Assembly (NCBI RefSeq): GCF_006345805.1
Contig: NW_021835913.1
Coordinates: 1-37,066, forward strand
Length of the DNA: 37,066 bases
Origin: Octopus sinensis
Taxonomy: Eukaryota
Reading direction: 5' to 3'
In this document: positions 1 through 11,699 of the stretch, piece after piece
Position numbering within the stretch: position 1 is the first letter of the stretch
How the letters are laid out: every line of letters begins with the position of its first letter
Position numbers and translations under genes: made by a program
Notes under the pieces: generated by a model
The model's database searches: none
Told to the model about the DNA's origin: nothing
Seen by the model: only the letters and a program-made list of their open reading frames with translations

Positions 1-45
1 CTAGTTAAGCGACGGCTTTGAGGCTGCCTCGTTGTATCATATATA

Positions 46-260
46 TTTCTTTACTACCCACAAGGGGCTAAACACAGAGGGGACAGACAAAGGGATTAAG
101 TCGATTACATCGACCCCAGTGCGTAACTGGTACTTAATTTATCGACCCCGAAAGGATGAAAGGCAAAGTCGACCTCGGCGGAATTTGAACTCGGAACGCA
201 ACGACAGACGAAATACGGCTACGAATTTCGCCCGGCGTGCTAACGTTTCTACCAGCTCGC
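46..260 (-). mobile_element. tRNA-derived SINE, family A1 (Meta-domain-like body, tail ending GTAAAGAAA/ATAAAGAAA)
   Basis: Minus strand reads GCGAGCTGGTAGAAACGTTAGC (A-box-like) ... GAGTTCAAATTCC (B-box-like), then TTTGCCTTTCATCCTTTCGGGGTCGATAAATTAAGTACCAG. Near-identical copies at 17915, 25214, 27059, 27672 and 27936. The Meta assignment is from memory of the domain consensus. Confidence 0.85.
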
Positions 261-268
261 ATCAGACG

Positions 269-470
269 GCGAGCTGGTAGAATCGGGGAAAATACTTAGC
301 GGCGTTTCGTCCGTCTTCACGTTCTGAGTTCAAATTCCATGGAGGTCGACTTTGCATTTTCATCATTTCGGGGGTCGATGAAATAAGTACCAGTTGAGCA
401 CTGGGGTCGATGTAAATGACTTAACTCCTTCCCCCGAACTTGCTGGTCTTGTGCCAAAATTTGAAACCAT
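269..470 (+). mobile_element. SINE family A2 (same head and body as A1, alternative tail ...CTTGTGCCAAAATTTGAAACC)
   Basis: GCGAGCTGGTAGAATC head, GAGTTCAAATTCC B-box and Meta-like core. The tail recurs at about 3350-3400 and 35390-35420. Confidence 0.8.
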
Positions 471-844
471 TATATAAATGAATTTCAAAGCAGAAAGTCC
501 CAGACGTATGTACGTCACAGCAAGAAGCACAAATAACGGCATCGATATCCAAACTCTCAGGCACCAAAAACTAATCACAGAGATGGCTACGGAAATGAAA
601 TAAATTGAAAGCAACACTAATGGTGGTGCCCCAGCATGGTCTCGGTCAAAAGGCCAGAACTGTTAAAAGAATAACAGAAAAAAATAAAAGGTTACTCTAT
701 AAAATGTTTTTTTTTTTAGTCGTTTAGTGAAGTGGATGAGCCGTCCTCAATGACCTTTTCAGGATCTCCGTGTTGTGGAAGCGAGGCAGGAATGTATCGC
801 CAAACTTAAGACCTGATACAGATTCCTGTAAGGAACTTATAATG

Positions 845-1175
845 CCAGGTGGTGATATTAAACTGGGATTTGAACTCAAAATACGGAGCTGGAGCAAATA
901 CCGCAAGACATTTCGTTCTACCATTCTGGATCTGGGGTTTTATTTATCAACCTCGGAATTATCAAAGGCAAAAATTGTTCTCAGCAGGATTTGAACTTGG
1001 GACAACATTTGCCAGAACCACCACTGAAGACCTGTTACGGTATTTCGGAAATACAAAAAGAAAAGAAAATCAATGTCGACCTTGGTTGGATTTGAACTTG
1101 CAACGCATGAATCTGAAATAACTAGCGTCAGGCGTTTCGGTCGACTCTCGAACGACTCTGCTAATTCGCTGGCCC
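845..1175 (-). mobile_element. Degenerate family-A SINE fragments (about three)
   Basis: Repeated GGATTTGAACT (reverse-complement B-box) near 866, 988 and 1088, plus GTCGACCT and CTGCTAATTCGC head remnants. Confidence 0.55.
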
Positions 1176-1274
1176 AAAAGAATAAAGTGTGAATAACTTA
1201 GTTTAGGTGGTGCTGGTGGTGCTGGTGACGGTGGTGAGGTAGATGTGGGTTTGTAGGTGTGCTTAATCTTCAAT

Positions 1275-1500
1275 TCTTAGTAAAAATAGTGATTATCCTT
1301 CCATCTGGAATGGCCTGTGAAAGAGTTACTGCAATGTGGTGGTCACGAATGAGAGAAATGAGGTCAGGGTTTTCCCCGCTCCGGCCAAACCCTCATCAAA
1401 ATCTTCAAGTGTCACTTGAAGAGGAAGGTGAAGACGGAGAGAGACGAGTACTACTTACCACCCTCCAGTAGATTCTGCTGAAAGGTTTGGGCTGGGGGAA
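1275..1500 (+). mobile_element. Tx1-clade LINE ORF2 C-terminal remnant (older subfamily)
   Basis: Frameshifted translation VIILPSGMACERVTAMWWSRMRE / GFPRSGQTLIKIFKCHLKRKVKTER aligns by eye with IILVAMAKGCIWWTRLIG / SGQSLINFFKYHLKRKVRVER of the Tx1 at about 10840-10980. Confidence 0.7.
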
Positions 1501-1704
1501 AGTGGTGAGTATGGGCCTGGCTGAATAAGTCTTGTTCTAAAAATATAACCATAAGTCAGACACTACAGCCGGAAGAAGAGGGCGCTTGCCCCTTGATAGA
1601 CAGAGTAATGTCGTGGTTCGGTGGAAGTTCCCTCATGAACCATCGGTGACTCTCCTTCTTCGCGCACACAAACCTGCACTCACACAAACCGACACTAACA
1701 CACA

Positions 1705-1744
<40 letters not shown>

Positions 1745-1862
1745 ACACACACACACACAAACACACAATTGTTAATTATTAATATTTTATTGGATTCATT
1801 TGAATCGAGACATTTTAATGTAGTGACGCTTAACCCATTTGTGTTCATTATGTATATATGTA

Positions 1863-1898
<36 letters not shown>

Positions 1899-2059
1899 TG
1901 TATATAAAGGATATGAAGACTAATAGGTATGCAAAAATAGGTGCGCCACCAAAATTCCAATGTGAACAGCAGTTGAAGTTGTGGTTACGTGATTGCCTTG
2001 TTCAAAGCGGCCAAAGGTGGCTTCCCTTTGAGTCAATAGGTGTAGGTTAAAGTAGTGAG

Positions 2060-2595
2060 GAAAGGCAAATAATTAGACAAAATGTGACAAGGACATTTAA
2101 TTTAAATTGATTCAATCTAATTTAGCTACATAACGAATGGTAAAAAAGAATATTTATTCCTCCTCTCAGTATTTGTATAACTTTGTAACTGCTAGCAGGA
2201 ATTTTCCCTCATTATGGAATACTGTATAACCATTTCTTCCTTCCTCTCGCACTGGTGTACTACCTAACCATCCTTTCTGATCATGAATTTACCTAAAGAA
2301 TACCCGATCTAACAAGACTTAATTGGACCCTTCCACCTTCCTGCACATAATGAACCCCAAAAAATATCATTGATGAGGAACTTCCTTCCCCTGTCTAACT
2401 TATATTTCTCAGATGACGGCAAATTCAACTTACAGTCTTTGCTCGATACGATGCTCCGATAGCTGGGATATCTCAGAAACAGCTGTCAGAGACTATTTAA
2501 AAAAAAAAATTTTATCACTTGTTATGTAGTTAAATTAGATTGAATTAATTTAAATTATATGTCCTTGTCATGTCTTGTCTGACTTTCCTCTCTCT
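2060..2595. mobile_element. Old inverted-repeat element, probably PLE-derived, with a degenerate hammerhead
   Basis: About 2070-2145 and 2505-2590 are diverged reverse complements (GACAAGGACAT..AATTTAAATT..TTCAATCTAATTTA). Interior has TTTCT-CAGATGA...GAAAC-AGCT-GTC-AGAGA at about 2405-2493. Confidence 0.45.
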
Positions 2596-2632
2596 ATATA
2601 TATGTATATGTATATGCATGAAAATATGAAGA

Positions 2633-2745
2633 CAAGTGTATGAACAACAAGCAGGTGTATTAGTTTGACGCTCGGGAAAGTGAGAAAGTCTTTTACATTT
2701 CGAGCCTACGCTCTTCGACAGAAAGGAGTAAGAGAAAATAAACGG
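2633..2745 (-). mobile_element. Short hammerhead-like repeat module (same family as 17300-17463)
   Basis: Minus strand reads CTTT-CTGTCGA-A-GAGC-GTAG-GCTC-GAAAT-GTA-AAAG followed by a tail homologous to 17370-17440. Confidence 0.6.
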
Positions 2746-2847
2746 AGAGGATGCGTAAGGTATTTGAGGACATACCTTTTGGTGGGGCCATTGTTGCTTT
2801 TTTAGCTAACTCTGTATAATCTTTGTTTCAGAACATCATAATCGCAG

Positions 2848-3262
2848 ACCCTCAGCTTACTCAAGAAATGAGATTATTGTTGTAAAGGTTGAGCATAGCG
2901 ATGTAGAAAAATCTCGATTTTTAAAAGTTTGCAGATCTTTCGTCTACAAAGTTTGTAAGGAGTTAGAGACTGAAGCTGGAAACGTATCACCAGTATCAAA
3001 GCATAATAAACATTCTAAACGCCCTGAAATCATCAGAACACCTGAGTTTATCCAGTAAGTTCAAGAGACCATTTATTACAATCCCAGAAAGTGCATGAGG
3101 TCAATTGCAAAAGATCGCCATTTGTCGGAAGGAACAGTCAGAAATGTTGTCCACGAAGACATCAGATTTAAGTGTTATATGATGAGGAAAGGTCAATTTG
3201 AAAGAAAAAGCTAAAGAAAATCACTACATCAGATCTGAAAAAGACTCTTAAACAAACTGAAA
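2848..3262 (+). mobile_element. Tc1/mariner transposase N-terminal (DNA-binding) remnant
   Basis: Manual translation: VKVEHSDVEKSRFLKVCRSFVYKVCKELE...RPEIIRTPEFIQ*VQETIYYNPRKCMRSIAKDRHLSEGTVRNVVHEDIRFKCYMMRKGQF. The pattern is HTH-like and contains a stop. Confidence 0.75.
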
Positions 3263-3482
3263 ATTTCAACAGAAGAAGATTTGATTTGGTTTTTCTGAAA
3301 CGAGAGAAGCTTCAACCAAGATCAAAAAGTTAACAGAAGAAATGTAATCAACCTACCCTCTCCCGAAATTTCTGGCCTTGTGCCAAAATTTGAAACCAAT
3401 ATTTATATGCGTTGCAAGTAGACTCCTCTGATGTGAAATCAATAAGTTTCGAAAATCGATTAAGGCTGAGCATCCTTTTATA

Positions 3483-3880
3483 GGCGCAGGAGTGGCTGTG
3501 TAGTAAGTAGCTTGCTTACAAACCACATGGTTCCGGGTTCAGTCCCACCACGTGACACCTTGGGCAAGTGTCTTCTACTTTAGCCTGGGGCCGACCAAAG
3601 CCTTGTAAGTGGATTTGGTAGACGGTGACTGAAAGAAGCCCGTCGTATATATATATATATATATATGTGTGTGTGAGTGTGTTTGTATGTGTTTGTGTAT
3701 TTGTGTTTGCCCCCCAACATCGCTTGACATCCGATGCTGGTGAGTTTACGTCCCCGTAACTTAGCGGTTAGACCGATAGAATAAGTACTAGGCTTACAAA
3801 GCATAAGTCCTGCGGTCCTTAAGGCGGTGCCCCAGCATGGCCGCAGTCAAATGACTGAAACAAGTAAAAGAGAGTAAAAG
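3483..3880 (+). mobile_element. SINE family B (tRNA head, CORE-like ACCTTGGGCAAGTG, internal (TA)/(TG) tract, GTAAAAGA tail)
   Basis: GGCGCAGGAGTGGCTGTGT head, GGGTTCAGTCCC B-box, tail CAGCATGGCCGCAGTCAAATGACTGAAACAAGTAAAAGAG. Multiple copies in the window. Confidence 0.85.
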
Positions 3881-4095
3881 TGTAAATGTGGATGCACGAA
3901 AAATGGTAGGAAGAGATACCAGCATCAATGATAGCAGTAGTAGCCTCCATGAGATAAAGGAACACCCCATTGAATTAAGTTTCGATATAAAAAGGAAATG
4001 GTTTTTTCTGAAAAAGAAAAAATGGAAAATTACAAACATGCAGACAGCTTCAAGCATACATTTTAGTTTAATAAACACTTGCAGTTCATACAATG

Positions 4096-4120
4096 ACACA
4101 CACACACCCATACACACACA

Positions 4121-4176
<56 letters not shown>

Positions 4177-4339
4177 CGACGGGCTTCTTTCAGTTTCCGT
4201 CTACCAAATCCACTCACAAGGCTTTGGTCGGCCCCAGGCTATAGTAGAAGACACTTGCCCAAGGTGCCACACAGTGGGACTGAACCCGGAACCATGTGGT
4301 TGGTAAGCAAGCTACTTACTACACAGCCAATCCTGCGCC
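4096..4339 (-). mobile_element. SINE family B, 3'-truncated at its internal (CA)n tract
   Basis: Reverse complement of the 3483 head and CORE region; ends in (CA)n. Confidence 0.8.
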
Positions 4340-4476
4340 TATAAAAGGATGCACACACACACACACACACACAACCACAGTCAGAAACACAAGATTAGTA
4401 ATGATGCATGAAAGTGTAAACGGCAAAGGGAAACGGAGTTTATGCATCGGTTTTGAAAAATGAAAAATATAAGAAG

Positions 4477-4483
4477 CAGAGAG

Positions 4484-4525
<42 letters not shown>

Positions 4526-4557
4526 GAGGGAGAGAGAGAGAGAGGAGAGAGAGAGAG
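4477..4557. repeat. (GA)n microsatellite
   Basis: Direct reading. Confidence 0.95.
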
Positions 4558-4819
4558 GAACTGAAGAAAGACGACGAAGTGAAGAAAGAAAAAAGATACT
4601 AGTAATGAGAAAGAAATAGAAAACTAGACACAAATATTGACAAGTAAAAACCAAAAGACAAAAAAACAGCTGATGGTTACTTAACATAATAAATGATATA
4701 TGTGTCTGTGTCTGTATGTGTGCGTGTGTGTGTTTAGAGGTATATATATTTTATTTATTTTTTATTTTTTATTTTTTATTTTATCTAGTTTCAGCTATAT
4801 ATATATATATATATATATA

Positions 4820-5233
4820 TACTCTTTTACTTTTTTACTTGTTTCAGTCATTTGACTGTGTCCATGCTGGAGCACCGCCTTTAGTCAATCGAGCAAATCA
4901 ACCCCAGGTCTTATTCTTTGTAAGGCCTAGTACTTATTCCATCGGTCTCTTTTGCCGAACCGCTAAGTTACGGGAACGTAAACACACCAGCATCGGTTGT
5001 CAAGCGATGTTGTGGGGGGGGGGGACAAACACAGGCACACAAACACACACACATATATATATACATATATACGACAGGCTTCTTTCAGTTTCCGTCTACC
5101 AAATCCACTCACAAGGCTTTAGTCGGCCCGAGGCTATAGTAGAAGACACTTGCCAAGGTGCCACGCAGTGGGACTGAACCCGGAACCATGTGGTTGGTAA
5201 GCAAGCTACTTACCACACAGCCACTCCTGCGCC
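4820..5233 (-). mobile_element. SINE family B, full length
   Basis: Complete reverse-complement head, body and tail. Confidence 0.85.
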
Positions 5234-5310
<77 letters not shown>

Positions 5311-5313
<3 letters not shown>

Positions 5314-5662
5314 AATGAAAGAATGGAGTTGAACGACGAATTAACAAAACTCCTTTATTTTATTTTCGACATATGTTTCGAAGGCTGCATATTCCTAATT
5401 TCGAAGGAATTAGGGGTGCATTATGCCGCCTTCTCATCAGGAAAAGTTAGGAACTTATGTCAGCATCAAGATGCACAAAATTTTTTAGATGCCTGCCCAC
5501 ACGGAGCCCATAGCGATAATGAGTGTTTCTTTAAAATATTCCGTTATAAGCAGTGACGTCAAAGATGGTTGAATGTAGAAGGTTCTAGAAGGTTCAAGGG
5601 TTCAAACAAGGTTGATAATTCAAACCGAATTATCCATAATAAGATAATTCATTCAACTACTC

Positions 5663-5697
<35 letters not shown>

Positions 5698-6210
5698 GTG
5701 TTAGATGACAGATACACAATTCGATAAAGAAAAAAACGCGTCCTTTTTTCCTTTTATGAAAAGTAAAGGACATGTCTTTACTTAAAGTCTACTGTTTCTA
5801 GACGAAATGCTTTTGAACAACGCTTGACACAAAGCTGTAAGCTAGAAATGAGAACTCTAAATATTCAAATAATATTCAAAACACTTCAAAGAAACCCCCT
5901 TACCTTATCGAAAAATAAAAATAATAGTACAAATATAAAAATAAATAAAATGAATATAATTATAAGTATAAATATAAATAAAATAAATATTAATATGAAT
6001 AGAAAAATAAATTAAATTAAAATACTTTCGAAGAATTCCAAAGAAATTCCACGTAATGTAGGCACACCATACCCAAAAGAATTTCGTGATGTGTACTTGT
6101 TTTGATGGCGACATGTGGAGATAAGCTCCAGTTAAGAATTATCAAGTTTAACTGGGACATTAAGACGAAGAATTGCGTAGAAATGCACAAATACAGTAAT
6201 TTAAACATTT
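5311..6210 (-). mobile_element. Penelope-like element 3' remnant (endonuclease C-terminus, AT-rich UTR, hammerhead module)
   Basis: Minus frame LELISTCRHQNKY (6092-6131) resembles ELMNLCRHAAKF of the PLE at about 30720-30760, and a hammerhead lies downstream on the same strand. The (TA)n at 5667-5695 may separate two independent insertions. Confidence 0.6.
5363..5445 (-). ncRNA. Type I hammerhead ribozyme, intact core
   Basis: TTTTC-CTGATGA-GAAGGC(G)GCATA...CCTAATT/AATTAGG...TATGC(A)GCCTTC-GAA-ACATATGT-C-GAAAA. Stem I is TTTTC/GAAAA, stem II is long, stem III is palindromic, and the cleavage triplet is GUC. Confidence 0.85.
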
Positions 6211-6223
6211 TAGAGCATCTTTT

Positions 6224-6651
6224 GGATCTTTTCGGTTTGAACGGCAGTTTTTAACATAATTTCTAGGTAACTAAAAAATTTTAAACTTCGTATACTGGTA
6301 GAATGTGTTTATAAAACATATTTTTCTCTTGCTTTATTGAGAAAATTCTATAGTTTGTAAGATATTTGTTGTTATTTTTCCTTTCATTTCTGCAATTTCA
6401 GCCAACCAGTGACGTCTATTGTGTAAAAAAAAACATTCTGTGACGTATGAATATGTCCCTCGTTTAAGAAACAGATTGGGTTTATTTACATTCGTGAAGA
6501 AAAAAAGATACCCTTCCCCCACCCCTAACCCTAACTAACACTAACCCTAAAAAAGTTTGAAATGCAATAGATCGATTCTAGGGTCATAATTATGGGTGAC
6601 AATTTCATATGACACCTCTAGAAAAAACTGCTGTTCAAACCGAAAAGATCC
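6224..6651. mobile_element. MITE with about 29-bp TIRs and 8-bp TSD (Merlin-like), carrying CCCTAA repeats
   Basis: TIR GGATCTTTTCGGTTTGAACGGCAGTTTTT / AAAAACTGCTGTTCAAACCGAAAAGATCC; TSD CATCTTTT at 6216-6223 and 6652-6659. A second copy lies at 23981 in the opposite orientation. The superfamily is inferred from GG termini and the 8-bp TSD. Confidence 0.85.
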
Positions 6652-6917
6652 CATCTTTTCTTAATGATAAATGAAATCATCTCCACGCACTTTGTAAATG
6701 AAATGAATTGTAGATTCTTTGACACTAAATTCGCGGCTCACCGTAGTGAAGCTTCCACTGTCAGGTATTTTCTTGATCATTTCTATATTTTCTTATAGAG
6801 AATGCATTTGTCTGTGTCGTTTGTTAGGATGTGGTGCCTTTGTATTTTTTTCGCTCACTTGTCCCATGCTGATGGGTACGTGTAAATTAATCTGCATAAA
6901 AGTTACGCAACTTTTAT

Positions 6918-7296
6918 GCAGGAGTGGCTGTGTGGTAAGTACCTTGCTAACCAACCACATGGTTCCAGGTTCAGTCCCACAGCGTGGCATCTTGGGCAAG
7001 TGTCTACTGCTATAGCCCCGGGTCGACCAATGCCTTGTGAGTGGATTCGGTAGACGGAAACTGAAAGAAGCCTGTCGTATATATGTATATATATATATAT
7101 ATGTATGTGTGCTGGTGTGTTTACAACCGATGCTGGTGTGTTTACGTCCCCGTCACTTAGCGGTTCGGCAAAAAGAGACCGATAGAATAAGTACTGGGCT
7201 TACAAAAAGTCCCGGGGTCGAGTTGCTCGACTAAAGGCGGTGCTCCAGCATGGCCGCAGTCAAATGACTGAAACAAGTAAAAGAGTAAAGAGAGTA
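6918..7296 (+). mobile_element. SINE family B, full length
   Basis: Head, CORE region and tail as at 3483. Confidence 0.85.
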
Positions 7297-7688
7297 ACTG
7301 AGTCATGTAAACACAAGCGATTGTCAGTGCATTCTGGGTAGCTGAGCACAGCTAATGGTCGTTGAGATGCGTTTTATAGAACAATCAGGTTTTTCAATCG
7401 GTCGACGATCTGCGTAATCACACATCATTGAATCTGCTGTGGAAAGTGAAACATGCTTCGTAATTGAGTGTAAAATCTTGCAACATGAATCAGTGATAAA
7501 CGAGACTACACGTATTTGTTTTCTGCAAGAATTTAAAAGAATATGTGTGCAAGGTGTACCTTACTTCAAAAGTACATTCTCTTTAAATCTTAATAAATTT
7601 GTTTTCTGTTGTTTACTAGCTTCAATTTAACGCCCTCATTAACGTGATCTTTGTCATCACGCAAAGCCATTTTCCAAATGGTTTAGAT

Positions 7689-7844
7689 CAGGCATATGCA
7701 GCCTTACAGCCCGCGGGGTTTTTGTCTGAATGGAACACCTAACGAAAAATTACATTTCGTTTTCTTAGTTGTGCGTCCCACACAACTGCGATGGTAAATA
7801 ATATCTCGTGTATCACATTTCTTGAAAAAGCTTGCTCATGCAAG
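7689..7844. mobile_element. Degenerate hAT (Charlie-like) MITE
   Basis: Starts CAGGCATATGCAGCC and ends GCTTGCTCATGCAAG. Flanks GTTTAGAT/TTCTAGAT resemble an NTCTAGAN 8-bp TSD. Confidence 0.4.
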
Positions 7845-7907
7845 TTCTAGATTGTGCTGCTTACGCACCTCTGAGAAATTCCTTATATTAACTTCTCGAT
7901 TCAGCTT

Positions 7908-8165
7908 ATTTTTTAATTTAATTTTAATTTAATTTTTATTGGCTCAAAAAGCAAAAGCAAGGCCATGTAGGGGGACATGGAGTTATGTACAGGGAGGATG
8001 GTCATATAAAGAGCTCAGGCCATTTCCGGTCAAGAGAGACTTTGAATCGAGCGGTCGTCGGCGTCTTCACTATGTCGTCCGGCAGCTTATTCCACGGATC
8101 CGCAACCCGGACGGAGAAAGCCCCTCTCCTTCGATTGAGATGAAATCGTCGTGGATAGAGCTTTT
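7908..8165 (-). mobile_element. CR1-clade LINE 3' end
   Basis: Same sequence as 20180-20430 and 23317-23650, with an (AAATT)n tail. Confidence 0.85.
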
Positions 8166-8868
8166 CGCTCTAATAGATAGAGCTATTAAATTTTAGGAAC
8201 GAACTAATCTCGTTATTGTACACAGTATAAAGTAACTATATATAGACATGTATCATTGTACCTTATTCACTCTTCCTCGTTTACTCTTTTTTCATTTTTT
8301 TTGTCTTTTTTCCGTTTCTTTCGCACTTTTCTTTCCTGCTTTAACTATCTCTGTATATATTAACAGTGTTTTACTTCAATATCATTATGCATTGCAGGGT
8401 ATATGAACATCTACTAATTTTATAATCGAACTATATACTGAAAATGCGTTTCAATATGCAAATCTGCCAATCCGATTTACGTAAGCCTTCAGTAATAATG
8501 CATTTATAAGCATTATTACTGTTCATAGAACAGTTGAACGTGCAGTATAGAAATCAGTGTAGATCTTTCAATCAAGTTCTAGACAATGTTTGATATAAAT
8601 AGCTATTTTCTATAAATTGTCTTCTCAGGCAAAGGAAAGAGGGTGGTTTTGTTCTCTGAAGAGTGAACAACAAACTTTGAGGCAAGAGAGGACAGTCTCC
8701 TACATATTTCTGGGTACAAAGAGAATAAGATGCATTCACAACAGTTAATGACTACACAGTGAAATACGTACAAAGTAAAGCTGAACTGCATTCAACTTCG
8801 TCCTGTGTTTAAATATTTATTGATGTGTTTGCGTATCTACGTACATATAACTATTTCTGTCTGTCTGC

Positions 8869-9296
<428 letters not shown>

Positions 9297-11467
9297 GCCG
9301 TGCCGGGCCGGACCATCCATGACAACCTCCACCTGATGCGCTACATCATAGACAGGGTAGTTAACGAACCTGGCATGGGTGGGGCGCTGATCAATTTGGA
9401 TCAATCGAAAGCTTTCGATAGGGTGGACCATCGATACTTGGAGGCAGTCCTCAGAGCGGCTGGCTTCGGTCCTGTCTTCTGCGGCTGGATAGCCGCTTTG
9501 TACAGAGGCATCCGTTCGGCAATTCGCGTAAATAGACATCTATCGAGACCTTTCGACATCGCACGTTCGGTCCGTCAGGGATGCCCCCTCTCGTCGATTC
9601 TATACGTATTGACTCTCAAGCCATTATTGCGGAAGCTGGCAACTCTGAGGGGCATCCCGCGAGAACTGGGATGCGGGACGAGCGTGTCTGCATACGCGGA
9701 CGACGTCACCGTCATAGTGTCTAGCCACGAGCACATCGAGCAGGTCGGCGAGACACTGAAAAACTACGAAGCGGTGACAGGAGCGAAAATCAACCGGGAA
9801 AAGTCAGTGGGCTTGCGACTAGGCACCTGGAGAAGCAAGCCCATGCCGTCCACCAGCGCCTCCGTCGTCGGACGCTGGACCGACGGTCCGGTCGAGTTGC
9901 TCGGGGTCTGGTTCGGTCCGGACCTCCAAATGGAGAAGAACTGGAACGAGATAACGAGTAGGGTGGTCACTCTCGCCCGGCAATGGGCCGAGAGGAAACT
10001 GTCCCTAAAAGGTCGGGCGGAGGTGGCGAACACGTAAATCGCGTCCGTCATCTACTACCGCCTGACCGTCGTGCCTTGTCCCGACCCTACCATCACCAAA
10101 CTAGAACGCATTCTCTTTCGCTTCTTGTGGAAAGGATGCGTCCCGATGGTCAGGCGATCCATTTGCTGTCAACACCCGTTAAAAGGAGGACTGGGCATGC
10201 CGTGGTTGATGATGTGCAGACACGCGCTGAGACTGCGACATCTCAGGCTCGTCGCAGACGACGAACTGGTGTGGTCGCCGTTTGTGAGGCACGCTTTCCC
10301 GCAACTCGTCTCCTTGACCGAACTGCAGTCGTGGATCAAAAAGAGGCCGAGGACGGGCGATGGCACCGCGAGTGTCGCGTTGCTCTCAAGCAACTCTGCC
10401 GTCCTGGGTCGACCTTGAGTGACTCCATCACAACCAAAGCATTCTATAGGGGATTAGTGGAGGGGAGGTACGACGACGAGCTCGGGGCGAACCTGGACGT
10501 CGACGAGGAATACCTGACCCGCCTGTTCGGGACGACTTTCGGGCCAGGGCCCATGGACAACTTCCAGCGATCCCTGGCCTGGCAGTACTACCGAGAAGCG
10601 CTACCCGTTCGGGATAAGCTCTACAGACACGGCTCGAGAAACACGGGGCCGACCTGCCCAAGATGCGGTCAGAGCGACGAAACCGTTCTGCACGCACTCG
10701 TGCAGTGTCCAACAATTTCCGACCTGTGGGCTTATGTCGAACAACTGCTGTCACGTGTGGGACGAGTTGGTTTATCAGCTGAGTCTATCGTCAATATTGT
10801 CACGCCTCCTTCCTTCAAACGGGAAGGAAGAGCTATTTTCATCATCCTTGTGGCTATGGCGAAAGGATGTATCTGGTGGACGCGTCTGATAGGATTGGAG
10901 ACAAACACTTTCCTCTCTGGTCAATCTCTCATCAACTTCTTCAAGTACCACTTGAAAAGGAAAGTGAGAGTAGAGAGGCAAGTTTTGTCTAGCGAATGTT
11001 TTAAAAAAAGATGGGTGAATGTAACAAGGATGGCACGTATGAATGACGAAGCAACCTTGAGCATAATCCTATGAACCCAGAAATTGAAAACAGAGGGTTA
11101 CCCACTTGCAAACAAATGTGGCAACATATAACAATATTGACCGAGGTTACCGTGGTCTTTTTCGTAGGCTTTTCTTCCCACGGATAAACCTTATCTGCTT
11201 TCCCCTTTACACCGTACATCATGACACTGTGATACACGATCCCTATTGATCGTTTTTTTTTAATCTGCCCCTTTTTTCCTCTTTTCTCTTCTTTTTTCTT
11301 TTTTCTTTTCTTTTGTTTCTCTTCCTTTTTTTCTTTTTTCTTTTTTCCCTTTTACGATCCCTTTTGATCGAAAACCTACGCCACTTTTTTTCTCATCCCC
11401 CAAAAGAAAAGCTCTACCTTATAATTTGTCCCATCTGTGTGCTGCCCTGTGTGGCCAATAAAGAAAC

Positions 11468-11470
<3 letters not shown>
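9297..11470 (+). mobile_element. 5'-truncated Tx1-clade (L1 group) LINE: RT, C-terminal zinc-binding motif and 3' UTR
   Basis: AVPGRTIHDNL, LDQSKAFDRVDH, VRQGCPLS, AYADD, GGLGMP and CPRCGQSDETVLHALVQC motifs. One nonsense codon (10035-10037) and one frameshift (about 10360); ORF ends at 11074; AATAAA at 11457-11462. Confidence 0.93.

Positions 11471-11513
<43 letters not shown>
11471..11513. repeat. (TCTA)n microsatellite, 3' flank of the Tx1
   Basis: Direct reading. Confidence 0.95.
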
Positions 11514-11699
11514 CTACCCCCCCCATCACACACAAACTCTCACACATACATATGCATATATACACACTCATATGCATACATCTGCGTGCTTGAGCATTAT
11601 GAATATGGTTATAAGTGTGTTTGTGTGTATGTGTGTGTGTGTGTGTGTGTGTAAAAGTGTAAATACATGAATTACGCATGGGCATTAATTAAAATGGCG

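Noticed and set aside
1453-1530. Apparent 78-nt minus-strand exon (TTTTTAG...GTG|GTAAGT) and a nearby GLAGAGKT Walker-A-like peptide
   Set aside because: The plus strand here is a Tx1 ORF2 C-terminal remnant, so the splice-like signals and the P-loop are antisense coincidences.
7939-8196. Recurrent [14 protein letters not shown] ORFs (also 20205 and 23200)
   Set aside because: They are antisense translations of the CR1 3' end.
8629-8750. Possible plus-strand exon after TTGTCTTCTCAG
   Set aside because: Acceptor-like only, with no convincing donor, no recognisable peptide and no partner exons.
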